DNA from: Iphione sp. A-MEVVRFRX5 | Taxonomy: Eukaryota | Assembly (NCBI GenBank): GCA_976226885.1 | Contig: OZ320316.1 | Span: forward strand, 81,716,001 to 81,780,000 | Length of the DNA: 64,000 nt | Direction: 5' to 3' | Shown: piece by piece, positions 19,918 through 33,500 of the stretch | Layout: every line of letters starts with the position of its first letter | Position numbering within the stretch: the first letter of the stretch is position 1 | Program-made: the position numbers and the translations under genes | Notes under the pieces: model-generated | What the model was told of the DNA's origin: nothing | The model's database searches: none | Seen by the model: the letters and a program-made list of their open reading frames with translations, nothing else

Positions 19918-22900
19918 TTCACATGACATGAAGATATGATTTGTGAAGACACAGTGACAGCAGGATTTTAAATTCATCTATATATAAAAAAAAATATACG
20001 TACTATTCATTTTGCTGCAAGTACCATCTTGCGTTTTTAAAAGACGTTTCATCAGCAAATACTGCAGGATTAATTCTTCTTGAGAAACGCTCCCCACTAG
20101 ACTTCTTTTGATGAATTTGGATAAGTATCATCATTTTTTAAAAATTCAGGACAGCTGTTTACAACATGAGGGTCAGCCAACCCTGTTGAGTATGTAAACC
20201 AGTATTCTTCAGTTAAAGCTTTCTAACACTATGAGTGGTATTATATGCTGGTGGAGTTCGTGTAGGGAATATGCATAAAATATTACATAAAGGATATATA
20301 CAATGAATGATGAATAGTTACTGAGATCCAGTTTCACAAACATCCGGTTATATATATGAATAGCTGCCCCATCATAGCAGCCCCATCATGACACACATTT
20401 TTGAGTTGGACTTAATTGCTGGATGATACACTTGCCCATACATTACAAAAGGCCCAACATGCAAACTGCTAGCCAAATGGACTGGTTTGGACTCGGAGAT
20501 GCGGGCAGCGACTTTTCTTTGACAGAAACGTGTCTGTACGGTTGACCCGTCTCTCGAGAACAGCCGCCTCCACGATGCATTGACTCGGAGGGTGAGGTCA
20601 CCGTCCCGCTCAACCCGCCGAACACCACCCTCGGACCTCATGCAATTTTCTCGGTGGGGAAAATACGAGCAGGGGAAACAATGGTGGCGCCTCGGCGACC
20701 ACGGGTGCCCTTATTGCCAATTAATTCCGCCAAAGTGTGGCACAGCAAGTGAAGATGCCTTAGACAGCAGTTCCCTCTATCAGAGCGACCTGACAACATC
20801 AGAACCCTGGCTGTGCCAATGAGATCGATATTCTTCTATATAGTGTGCCACAATCGAGCAGCCATAGGTACAGAGGCCATATTCCAAACTCTATGTAGAT
20901 AACAAGGTATTCATTCTCGTAGCAGTAGCTGTGAGAAATAGTTTGCCTACTTGAAGAGACACGACAAAAGAAGATCAGTGCAGTGTACTTGAAGGAAATA
21001 CGCGTACCACTGTTGAGTCATTGCTTTCAGTACAGGTTGTCTGATTCTATTGTACCGTGCGGCCGATGTCCATTAGGGTGAGTTCCCACACAACGAGAAT
21101 TCAAGAGACGTAAGGAAAATAGCCCAGGTGCAAAATGAAGTGGTAAATATACTTCTCATTCTGCTGTAGATGCAGCAATGTACTTCGTCGTGTTTGCCAC
21201 GAGAAGTGCTCAGACGATTCCCTATGTGTCACAATGCGTGAATATTCGAAAGGAATTCTTCATTATATGAAAGGAGCCCCGTCTTTATGTAGCAGCGAAA
21301 GGCAGAGTCTGATCTGCCGAGCTGTTCTGAGTTCTCTGGTCAGCAGGATTAGGAGCAGCTCGGGAGGCGCAGACACAGGAAATTGGTGGGCCTATCCACC
21401 CGACACGTCGTGGTTCACCGGGTGAAGGTAAAAGACGATAGGGACATGCAGACCGGCCTTTCACAAGCCCCCAAGGGAGGCAGCAGAGAGCGACTGGTGA
21501 TGACAACATGGCCGAGCGGCCTGTCACAGCAAACCTGTCATTATCTGCATGGAGTTGACGGATTCTTTGCGCAAATGACGCTTGTCGTTCCGTGTGCGAC
21601 GGCCAACAGTCGGGCACAATGAAACCTGGCATGAAAGGAAATAGAAATCTCGACACGAGGACAGGATGCCGAAAAACCCATGCTCGAGACGCGAATGATG
21701 CAAAAACTGCATGGGAGAGAGAGTGATCCTGTTAAAACAAGTACAACTATCTCCTCCAGCTCTTTTAATCCTTAAATCCTCTTCGCCACTCTCTGCCTCT
21801 CATCGATTAAAACGGAAAGTAGATTATAATCGTGATGCGTCAACTGCCTGAGACCTAGACGCCATTAGAGTTCATAGCCCCCTATCCATACAGCAGCACT
21901 TCAAAGATACAGGATGGACGATGTTATCTGTATCGGGTATCTCTCCATCGCTCTCCATGGAAGCAGTGATGGACTTTGGGGTCATTCCACAGCAGACCAA
22001 GTTGCCTAGACCAGCCCAAATTGAACCGTGGACGTGGAGCTGCTCCTGAGATTAACTCATCTGGCTAAAGCCTGATAGTTGGTTGTATTATATTCGCTTG
22101 ATTTTGTCCTAACGATAGATTACACTTTGTGTTAGTTCAGGTCATCTGACACAAATGCATTATAATGGTCACATTTGTTCAAAACTTAATGAACGTGCAG
22201 CTTTGTTTCCCATTATCCCGATCACTGTATTTAGAAATGTCTTTTTTGTTCATCTTACTTTTTATAGGCCTAGATTGCAAAGTGTGACTATAGATTATTT
22301 GACCTTGTTTTAAATGAGAGCATGTCGGTACATGCTTCTGGAAGCATCAAAAAATCTTTTCTTGCCCCCATTGTTTCTCTCTGTTTCCATTAAGCAGTCG
22401 ATACAGGGCGAGTATTGTACGACACAGTCGCGTCCTTTGGCTGTCTCTTGCGCCGACATATACACCTCTATTGGCTTTGAATCAGGGCGGGCCTACTGCT
22501 ACTGCCGTATTTTTGTCAGGCAGGAAAAAGCCTCGGATGTTTAGAGCGATCAACCTATAGGAAGTAAGGAAATAAGCTGCGTTGTAAAGGCTCTTCGATT
22601 CGACTGAATGTCGTCTTCACTTGATTCCCCTTCCATCGGTTCTTTGTAACGTGAACATAGGCAGAGTCTGCAGGAAGATAATTAAATCATTCAAATTATC
22701 CTAATCCTATCATCGACATAGATCCTTTGTCAATGTTAGCAAGGTTTATGTTTGGATAAATGTTTCATTGAAGCAATCACTTGCTGAATCGATATAAGAT
22801 CATATTACGCGGTCCCTGTTGTATAAAGTGCAAATTTAAATATGCATATGAACCCATCCATTTTCGACGTAAGGCTATAAAAGAGCAAGTAAATTACATG

Positions 22901-22929
22901 CGTCTAAATAAGTAGTGCTTCATGAATTT

Positions 22930-23290
22930 TTATTTATTCTCATGTTAGATTTCAAGATTTCAACATTTTAATTGAGCAACGGTACCACATATACAATATG
23001 TGGATTTGCAATCCAACGCTAAGCCCATAAGAACAACATTTTTATTAAAGGCTGATATCCATACAAATATGACTTATAAAATACTTTTTAACAAATAATG
23101 TTGTAGAACACTTACATTCTATTGGAAGGACATTCCAATATTTATGCATATGACTAATAAAGCTTCTTCTGCACATCTCAGTATTTGGTTTAGCAACCAG
23201 CAGTTGTTGCATTATGTTTTCACAAGTCGTATAGTCGCCTATTTGATGAAGCCTGAAATAAAAATAGTGGCATGGCTTATTGTTTTCTAT
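22930..23290 (-). mobile_element. 5'-truncated CR1/L2-group LINE 3' end
   Basis: ORF 23045-23296 contains LLVAKPNTEMCRRSF....KYWNVLP (ORF2 C-terminal signature), followed by aataaataaaaa near 22930. Confidence 0.75.
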
Positions 23291-25584
23291 TAACACAACT
23301 GCAGGATTTTCAGGGTGGCAGTCTAAATGGCTTGATTTTCCCGGCTGGTCTTTGGCAGGGGACGTGTGTGTGCCACTTCCTCAGTGGACACGCAGGCATC
23401 AGTCAGTGTGTGCGCTGCGACAGAAATGACATTCATTATTCAAAGGGGCCATGCGGTTGATCCTGGAAGTCGGAGGGTCATCGGCAAAATTGGCTCTATC
23501 ACATTGGGACACTGGATGACCTTCATGAGACGCCTGCTGGCCAGTAGCCCTTATGGGTGGCAAGGGTCCCATCGTAAGGTATAGGCCTTCGGTGAATGTT
23601 GCCCTAGCCCAGGCCATTTGAGCAAATGCAATAAGCAGAGAAGGACACTATCACATAAATTTACAATGATATCTCATTGTGACTGAACTGCCTGTTTAAG
23701 CCTATGTCACTTTTGATGTAAACCAAATGACCAGTTGTCTTTCACGTAAAGAACTTCGCCTTCGTCAATGCTTTTTATCGCAATGGATTTCATTGCAGTT
23801 GTACACGTCAAATGCTTCTATTGCGCATTGTTTGAACGTAATATCTAAACAAAGATATACACATATGTGCCAAATAAGGTGTTCATTTTGGTAGTGACAG
23901 GGAACAACACTGCTGTGATCCTATCACCCTTTCAACCTAACAGATAGGGGTGACGACATAGTGACGTACTGTTTGGTATGGAATGTGTAAGGTAACCACC
24001 GTCGTTTAAATTGAAACTTTTTCTTTGCGAATAAAACCAAAAATATGTGTGTATATCCCCAAATTTGGCTGGAGAATATAACTATTCAATATATATATAT
24101 AAATATCATATATTACGACTAGAGAGATGGTGAATGGCAGACACCTTTAATGATGAAGAGTAAACATTTTCAAACAAGCATTTACAACAAGTACCAATAT
24201 AATCCCTTATATTTCACATACGTATAACATGCAATCTTCAAAAGTAAGTGATGTACAAACATCATCTTTACATAATAGGTTCAGCTGAAGGAAAGGAAAA
24301 GACCATTTTAAGGTAGGTGGATTTCAATGGCAGCCAAGTGAAGACATTTTGTGGCAATTGCTAATGCAACCTCTTTTTCAAACAATATTTCACGTAAAGG
24401 TTGGCTGTATAGGTGATGGGTGATAGTGATTGTAACAAAATAAATAAAATACCACTGTACAATCGTCATTAAAGACCACGCCAGCATGCCGTGTATCACA
24501 AAGTGCTCGGGTCGTGCAAGAAGAACCTTTAAATGGTGCTGCAAAGGCACTGCATGTAGCAATTACTGAGCAGTTCCTTTGAGGCAGATTTTTATAGACA
24601 TTAGCGTCGACCGACCCCGTTCTGTGGATGTGAGGAGAGATACCGACATTTCCCAAAAGTCATTCAAGATCACTTCAGATTATTTCTTTTATTACTCTTT
24701 ATTTCAAATATGATCTCTGGTAAATTAGAACTGAGTTATCACTACCCATAGACCGGTCCCCTGGGAGTTTCTCTACTAAGCAAGGTTGCCATTCGTCATG
24801 GCACAAAATAGATTAAAGAAATGCATACACACTGTGTGTTTACCAGAATTCCAATGTACCGTGTACAATAATGGGTGTTCGAGTGTGCGTGACGACTGGG
24901 ATGTGATTGAGATATTTCGAACGAAGTGGACATCATCAACGACAATTCATTAGATAGAAATGAATGATTTTCTCAAGTTTACATTCAGGTTTCCTACCGA
25001 TATGCACACTGCTTCGGGGATTTCGTCGGTACGTAGAACGGCGCACGATATTTCACACGTGCCTCCTGACAGCCTTGTTGGATGGCAGCATAGACCTGTA
25101 CCCTGCATGCAGTGACCGATCATATTTTGCTCCAGACATGTGCATGCGGGCCATGGCCATAATATCTTATGTCGTACGGACCAAACTGTTTACCCGCAGG
25201 GTCTGACTATTTGTTCATGACGGCAAGTTTTATTGGGAGAAACCTTGCATTCCTACAATCGAACACATCTAATGTTCGGCGGATGCAAGACGTTCGATAC
25301 AACTAAAAAAGCATGTGGTTTCAATGACGAATGTAATGGACTTCGACAGGAAAGGATATAAAGAAGGGTGCACAGAGTGTCATGATGATCATTTCATGCG
25401 ACATGTGCGAACCACTGTTTCGGTATAATTCACTGCTGCCTCCGCCAATCGCTCTGTCTATAAACGTGGTCCCTGTAGTCAGTACTGGTGGGAGGAGTAG
25501 GAGTGGCAGGCGCAGCTAGGAAGTGCAAAGTCGTGTTTGTACCTCTGTAAGGACGAAATAATGTGCTCGGTTTGTCTCGTACAG

Positions 25585-25708
25585 TGACATTGCCACCCGA
25601 AGGTCGGTCACTAGTTTCCTGTGGATAGTCAGCACTCAACAAGTGCACAGTAGATGACATTGAATTCCAATAGCATCATTATCTACTTAGAGACGGGAGG
25701 AAGTGCAG
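25585..25708 (+). other. Candidate upstream exon (5' UTR + 18 codons) of the SUEL-CUB gene
   Basis: Acceptor tttgtctcgtacag| at 25584, ATG at 25654 (MTLNSNSIIIYLETGGSA) and strong donor CAG|GTAAGG at 25709. It is phase 1 and so frame-compatible with the exon at 60022. The peptide is not a convincing signal peptide. Confidence 0.25.
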
Positions 25709-26012
25709 GTAAGGAAACGGACGCTTGCTGTAGGGTACATCTTAAAGGAACATGATGAACGTGCTTGTATAACAATGATAAATCAGAAATGAACATTTTG
25801 TGTTATCGGAAGATTCTCTGATTCATTGCAAGGTGTTCTTTACTTGATTAAGTCAGAATACATGTATACTACTGCACCTGATTTTAACTATCCTTGGTAA
25901 CAGGGCAATAATCAAATGAAAAATTGAAATTTTCAATATATCTGCTTGAACTCGCCTATATGAACTCTATGTGTGTGCATCTGTTTGTCTCTGCTCTCGT
26001 CTGTCTGAATGT

Positions 26013-26052
26013 TCTCTATCTCTCTCTCTCTCTCTTTCTCTCTCACTTTCTC
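26013..26052. repeat. (CT)n microsatellite
   Basis: tctctatctctctctctctctctttctctctcac. Confidence 0.85.
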
Positions 26053-27891
26053 TCATGGGCATCTATTCCTGTTTTTCAATCTTTTCAAATCCCCTTACTT
26101 TACTTACTTTACTTTCTCTAATTCAAATTTTGCTAACAGTCACATAGATGATAGTTTCGCAGCCGCATAGTCAATTTGAAGGTCTGACAGCACAATAGCT
26201 TCCTTACCTATATGTCCCCATAAAGAACATTACCTAAAACCTGCCTTTTGAGCTCCTTCCAGGAGGTTCTTCATGTCGATAAACAATTAACAGCAACTTC
26301 TGCAACGTTTCTTTAGCCATTGAACTGATGGAGGATTTGAAGACCATTTAGTTTTGATGAGTGCTTAGTATGAAAGTTTTGTCTCATTCCTCAAGAGACC
26401 TTGTCCTAGTTTCCTATCGACTCACAGCCAAGTGAAGGGTTGTGTTTTGCTGAGAAAGCACTTCTAGTAGAAGCGGACTAATAAGCCAAGAGCCAAGAAA
26501 TAACTCGCCAAAGGTCGTCTTTTACGACCGTTGACGCCTTCGGTGGAGTCGCCAGTCAGTGTCAGAGATATTTTCATTACTATTCATCACGCTTAAGTTT
26601 GATGATGATATGGGCATTTACCCCAGAGTTTTTTTGGTTGCAATTAGTCTGCGACAGGACGTTGTTAACATTCCTGTGGCATGATATAATGCACCGTTTT
26701 CATCCTGTTAAAATTGGGTATTTTTCAATGCACACATATGGTATAATCTCGCTAATCCGGTTCTGAGCAAAGATTGTCCTCATTGCGGGATGTCTGGAAT
26801 AGCCGAAATCTGTTAGGAAATGGGTAGGTCTGTATTATTGAAAAACAATAGATAAATTAATTTTATATTCGCCCTGCTGCTCCATAGGACTTCTTATGCT
26901 TTTTGAGATGCAATTGTGGTGTGACTATCATTTAGCCCAGACTGAGTAAATCTGAGCAATTCTCTCTATTATCTGGCAGCCTACATGGACGGAGGTGGCA
27001 TACTGCCCTAACATTTTCTACAGCTTTCTTAACACATTGCTGGCTCTGTCTCTCTGGTATTTTTTCTAATATGCTTTGTCTGGAACTGCAAATGGAGCCC
27101 AGAATTGCGTGTCCAGAACATGTGAGTATCAAAAATAGCAAGTCTCTCAATCACTCAATAGACGGACAAGATTCCTGCCTTTCCAGTATATGTCTGGTAT
27201 CTGTGATGTCGGAAAAGCCAGTCGTCCAGAATCTGAGAGAGTCCGGTGTATGTTGACCGCTCAAGAACTGTATAATGGTCCATGGGTTGATTTCATTTAT
27301 CTCAGCTGAGCACGGTGGCTTTAAGAAACAAGTAAAAGTAAATATACTGTTCGGGTGAATATTTTACTGAAGGCTATGATAAACATGCCTTTAATTCACG
27401 AAAAAGATAACATTACCACATTAGATAACACTTTAAATAAAAGTATTTAAAATGCAAAGTAAAATTTCTAGCAATACATGTAGTTTATTTTTTGACACAA
27501 TTTAACACATGATAATAGATATCTTACTGCAACATAAATCATCCAACCTTTGTCCAGTCTCTTTGCAGAGAGGACAAGTCAAGCTTGCCACATAGGTTTG
27601 AATCCCGAGCGGAACTCGCTCTGTCTCTGTCTCTCTTTCTCTCATACAGAACAAAGTACTTGGAGGATGATAGAACTAACACAGAAAAAGGTGGTGGGGC
27701 GGTTTAAATATTCAGATATATATATATATATTTCTATATATTCACAACAAACGAGACAACATGCAAATGCTGCCGTACATTTATATCATAGCAGGGTCCA
27801 ACTGAGATCTGCTTCATAATATTAGGTACTTCTGATTACCATTGTGTGACTGCCTATGAGCTGCTAATGTTTCTATTCAATCACCTAGATA

Positions 27892-28827
27892 CAGTCAAAA
27901 CCCGGTTCTGGGGGCACCTCAGAACTGGGGCTACTCCCTGAATAGGACCAGATTTTCTTGGAACCAAGCAATTCGTTTAGGATATAAGTACATGTATGTC
28001 TAAGTCTCAAAACTGGGGTCACCTCATAGATGGGATTACCTCAGTTGGAGACCATGTAGCCATTCTCTCACTAACTGTGACACCAGTAGGTGAGAGGGTT
28101 AGAGAAACCTCTCCCAGCCTGTCCCTCATACCATCCTGATGTGTTGGTAGACCCGAGGAAGAGTCTGGGCTCTCCTTCTGGCTTCCTATTGTTCTTATAT
28201 CTCCACATCTCTTCAGATGCCCTCTCCCTACTGTTCTTGGGCATCCACCTGTAGCTCTTAGTTTCCACATCTCATCTGGTGCTCCCCAGTCCTTGCATAC
28301 CCTTCCGTTACACCAAAGATGTCTACACATCTTCTAGGGTGCTACCCCTGTGCGTAGCTACCCTCCTGTCAGTGTCAGAAGTTTCCAACCCTCACCAAGT
28401 GCCCCCCATGTCTTTAGACATCCTACTGTAGCTCATCAGGTGCTCCCCCGTCCTTTGATGTCCTCCTGTCTTCCTTAGATGTCTCCACACCTCGCCAGGT
28501 GCTACCCCCGTCCTGGGCTGCCCTCCTATCACACTTACAAATCCTAACACCCCTGTCCTTGGCCATTCTCTTGTCGACCTCATGTGTCCCTACGCTCCAT
28601 CAGGTGCTCCGTCCAGCATTGACTGTCCTCTTGTCACTCTGAGAAGCCTCCACACCTCAATAAATTATCAAATATTGTAACTGTAGTCCAGTTTAAATTT
28701 ATGTCCCTTTTTAATTAAGTGCGTCAACAATGAGATCAAGCATGATTACATATTAGATTACAGCCACTCCCCATATAGGGCCACTATTAATCGGAACAAA
28801 GGTGTCCCCAGTGCCTGAGTTTTACTG
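27892..28827. mobile_element. Tigger/pogo-like non-autonomous element with internal diverged ~70-bp tandem repeats
   Basis: ta|cagtcaaaacccggttctgggggcacct versus reverse complement of right end ta|cagtaaaactcaggcactggggacacct (TA flanks). The motif ccacatctc..caggtgct.cccc.gtcct recurs at 28200-28620. Confidence 0.75.
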
Positions 28828-29725
28828 TATGTGAATTCTTGAAACCCATTACAATGCATTTGTTTCTGCAATAACAAAGGAATCATTTAATTACAATGTC
28901 ATTCTATGTAATACATTGAAATGCCTGACAAGAAAGACATGATAATGAGGAAGCTCTATATGATTGCTCCGTAGGTGGGGAGGCATTTTCATAAACTTGG
29001 GTATCTCTCTATTTAGGTCTTTATTAATATCATAGTGTGTCAGTGCCTATCAGTGTTTGCAGGTCCCTGGTATTCTGCCTGAAGAGAGGAGGATCAATGC
29101 AAAGCCAGGGTGTGGAGTGGATACTCATTTCTTTCATATAACAGTGCTCCTTTTATACTACAATGGAATTGCTCTACTACGAACAGCAAAGGGACTGAGC
29201 AAAAATGTCCATAAAGAGGGGTGTCCTTTATTACAGGGGTATTTAAACATGCTTATATAAATTTGGTTCTGTTTCCAGCCTGTACATAATATGAAGTGTC
29301 CTTTATGGAGGTCCTTAGTAGAGGGGTTCCACTGTGGTACAATATGATCCTGTGACATAAATTAGCCATTGGGAGCTCAGCTCCCCATGACATGATATAA
29401 GCAGTGATTATACCATAACCTGCAAACAGGATTGCACACCATTTTATCTTATGGGGCTAGGCTCCCTGATGACATAAACCAGTATACATGTATCTAGGAA
29501 TCAAACCTCAACTAAACTCGTGACATATGGACTATATTCTAGAAGCCTATACTTCTGCTCCCAATCCACAGGATTGTGATGGGGTCATACATCCATTCAC
29601 CACATTATGAACTATGTCTGACCTTATTTTTGAAACATTACTATAAATCTTTGAGTACAGTACATGTAAATAAATCATACAGTGGCGTCTCTATTTATAT
29701 ATGGAAACATGAAACTTTGTAACTA

Positions 29726-30560
29726 CAGAGGATATTCAAAATTCGATCGATCACTGTTTCTGCTGAAATCGTTCAGATTTCGGAAAATTCAGATTTTGAA
29801 TACTGGCCTAAGTCCACTGTCATTTTTAGTATGTAAAGTAGGGCCCTAGGCCCTACCTCAACAATTTACATACCTAAAAAAAGAATAAATCATGTAATTC
29901 ATGTGAATTATTCTAAACTTGAAATAATGGAAACATTATCCCTGCAAACTTCCTTTTGACTTTGCATACCTACAAAAAGAAATTTAATCATGGAAACAAT
30001 GGGGCAATTACCCCTGAACTGGGGGGGGGGAGCCAATGCAATGGGTTGAACTTGAGGGGAGAGCCAATGAGCGTGGCCGACAACGGGCCGAGGTGTGAGC
30101 TCTTCAATAAGTAGCTATCTCTTTGATTCATAAGGAACTTGGGAGAGAGCGGCCAATGCAAGCTGACACCTGGACGAAGTGTGAGGTCTTCAATGAGCAG
30201 CTTAACCCTTTGATTCATAATGAACTTGGGGGAGCAAAAAACTCAGGCGAATTCTTCCGAAAATCAGCGAAACTCAGGAAAATTCGTCCGAAAATCGGCA
30301 AAACGCAGCCAAATTCGTTCAAAAATCGGTGAAATTCAGGCAAATTCGTCTGAAAATCGGCCAAATTCAGCCAAATTCGTCCAAAAATCGGCCATATTCA
30401 GGAAAAAATATTCAGGTTTTTGAGTATTATTTCTATGTATTTTCACAATATAAGAGCATTCGTATTCGGAAATCGAATATTCGGTTATATGAGTAGCTAT
30501 GTAAAGAAAAACATTTCGTCCCAGCAGAAATCGTTCAGATTTCGGAAATTTCTCAAATAA
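29726..30560 (-). mobile_element. MITE family A copy (inverted) with expanded 31-bp array and an ~400-bp internal insertion
   Basis: 29724-29820 is the reverse complement of 36480-36580. The array aaattcaggcaaattcgtccgaaaatcggcc at 30240-30410 is the reverse complement of 36350-36480. 30478-30548 matches 36230-36300 inverted. The insertion contains ~88-bp CCAAT-bearing repeats (30020-30230). Confidence 0.75.
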
Positions 30561-33500
30561 AGCCTACGAATATCACACAGGGTATTCGTCTTTATTGATT
30601 GAAAATGTAGTTCCTTCCAAGATGCTGCGGTTGGGATGGTAAAAACGGTGACCCAGAGCCGAAACCTCACTCGTATAACCTAGGAAATTATTCTTTTCTA
30701 CATATTACACAAGACTGAAATAGATCACTTGCTCCAAACGTTTGCTCAGAAATGCTAACAGTGAGATAGATCCGCAGGTGCTCACCTCTTAGAGATTATT
30801 TCCCATCGGTATTGGTACTAATAATAACCATTTCCTCTTGTTGTGTAGAAGGTTCATTTGACCTTGGACCTTTTGCCGTGGTGTAACTAGTTATTAGCAT
30901 AGTCATAATCAGTTTAGGGCTGATTTTCCAGAATAATTTGCTTATGTAATGAGCTACCAGGTCCTCTGGAACATGCTTTGCATTCATTATACAGATTTAT
31001 TTTACTACTGTCGAATGATCTGGTGGGCGAATCCATTTGATCTAACTCCACCAGTTCTTGTGTTGTCTTTAACCGCTTCACGCCGCGAGACATTGCACAG
31101 CTAATATTTAGCAGTCCCCCAGTTGTCTACCAAGGTTCGTTTATTTAGCCTTATTCAGAAAGATGCGCGTGTCTTTAATTTCGGTTTTGAATGTCCCTTG
31201 TTATGCATCTAGTCTTTGTTCTATAGTTTCCATGTCCTTTGAACGGGTAGCGCCTGTCAAAAAAGTCATTAATTAGTATCGACAGCTCTTGTAAGTGTTC
31301 ATCTGGCAAAGTGGCTTAGAGTATGCTATTCAAATATTGCGCTTCTCAGTTCTCACTCTCATGAGGCGTTGCGGCCTGTGGTCATGGTTCCTAAAACTGG
31401 TGAACCATGTCTTTTAAGGACCATTTAACGCTGGCTGAAATTTGTGTTGAGTTCACCTTCATTGTTTATGAAATTGAAATTAACACAGATGTGACTGATG
31501 AAGTTGTACTAATTATGGTATTCTATCAGCTGCGCTATATTTACTTTGAACCTAAGACATTTCGGGCACGTATTCAACGTCCAAGATCCCAGAAGGTCGT
31601 TTAATGGTCGCAGATGTTGCTGTTAAGCTCTAATGCTGTAGCATGACCCAGTGGCATTTTGTGTTCCTGTTGCTGTGAATTGCAGTTCTTGGTTCGTAGG
31701 TTATCGTAGGGTATACATTACCTAGAATGAATAGGCTAAAGCGTCCTCCGATTTCGTGCCACTTCACCTCACAGCTCTATCAAACTGTACAAACTAGCAA
31801 CCATTCTTGTGGAAAAGGTAACTAGGAGGTAGTTACTCGTATGTTGCCACTCCCTAGCTGTTTCTTGATCTGATCATAGCTCTACCAGAGGCATTCAACA
31901 GTGCCATTAGCAGGCCCTTTTAGTCCTCATTGTTTATTATAGTACAGGAGATCAGAACTATTTGTGCCAAAGAGGGTTAAATTTATAGTCACAAAGTTTA
32001 GCCTAGTATGCATTCGTCGGCATTATGCTTGGACTGATGATCCTTTTGTGGCCAGTTACTGTACATGATGAAACATTTGCCTGTTATTTGAGTTATCCTG
32101 TCTTTAAATACACATAAAACCTAACTGAATCCTGGATGTCTTCGTGTCTACAGACCAATATTCTAAGTGTTGATTTTGGTATCTCGAGAATCCTGTTTTA
32201 GAACAGGAGACAATGTAATCCGTTATATATATGTCAGATATAACTTTAAGTTCAAGTACTTATTATGAAGATCGCTATCTATTTTGTTATGAGTGACTTT
32301 AAGTAGAGAATTGTGACGATTGTTATACGTAATGCCCATTACAAATGGCAATTCAGTCAGGTTAGGTACACGCACAAGGGAAAATCCGCGGGTTCAGTTT
32401 ACAGTATTTATAACTGTCAAAGGCAATTATAGAATTTTCAGAATCTGTGAATTCATTTTACAAAGGTTGGGCAATACTCTGTTTCCAATTAACTTTTACC
32501 TGAACAAACCGGACAGAAGCAAGAGTGAGCGACGTCATGATTACATTTTGGCAGACTGTATGTCTTAGCGCTATTGCCCCCCAGATATGTGTGCAAACCG
32601 GCCTGCAGCATTTCCACCCACATAGTACTATGGTGTTTTGTTCCATGTAAAGGTCAATGCTGTTCAGGAGAATCAACACTTGCTGTGCGCCATGTTGCTC
32701 CACCGTTGTGTCGTAGGGGAAATTGGACATACTGCTGCTATATTCGTCTACATGTATCAAGGATTAGACGAGGGGGGCAGTTCCCCCCTTTGATACCCAC
32801 GTAAATTATATGGAGCTGAAATATGATATACCTGATTTACAGAACGGATATGAATGACACGAATCTGGCTTGGAGCGATCATCGATCCTGCCTTTCTTTC
32901 CCTCATTACCTGTCTAGGCTACTGCGTCAACGGCTGGGGGTCCTTCGTTTTATGCAAATGTATTTGCTTCAATAGCTCGAAAATAAATGAAATGAGAGTA
33001 AGACTTGCAATTTATATTGTCATACATATCAAAGAAGAACTCACATGAAGACGTTTGCCGATTCAATATTCAATATTTTGGATTAGATTTGCACTCTCTA
33101 CCTCAAAAATGTATTTGAAATACAAATACGCATAAACCTACTTGAACCTAGCTATCTAATGAACAGAAAATTAATGGTAGTTCATCTGGAACAATGTAAA
33201 TGGTGCATGCGACAGCACAATATATAATGTATTTCTGTATGTATTTATATGTATCATTGTGCTCACCTATTGCAGTGAGAGTTATTAATCATTATACAAC
33301 ACGATATCCATACGACGTACTTGGATTGTTGGAATGTAAGAACGGACGGGTCGCAGATGGAGGTTTCTCAAGCCCGGAAGTAAATATAATTGTGGCATAT
33401 TATTCTCCTTTGGCGCAGGAAATCTTGCCCACCTGAGCCCTCTATGATTTCACGAGGGAAAATCTTGCTTATATCGCGAGCTTCGATCTCATATTATGCT

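Noticed and set aside
19852-19977. N-terminal 42 codons of the 623-aa ORF1 call (Cys/His-rich MNLKSCCHC...)
   Set aside because: Mostly upstream of the inferred element start (YY1-like motif at 19899-19909). It is probably flanking sequence or 5' UTR that is open by chance, and not a real zinc finger.
20372-21712. GC-richer blocks with several short overlapping ORFs
   Set aside because: No frame gives a recognisable protein motif, so I cannot support a gene or TE call.
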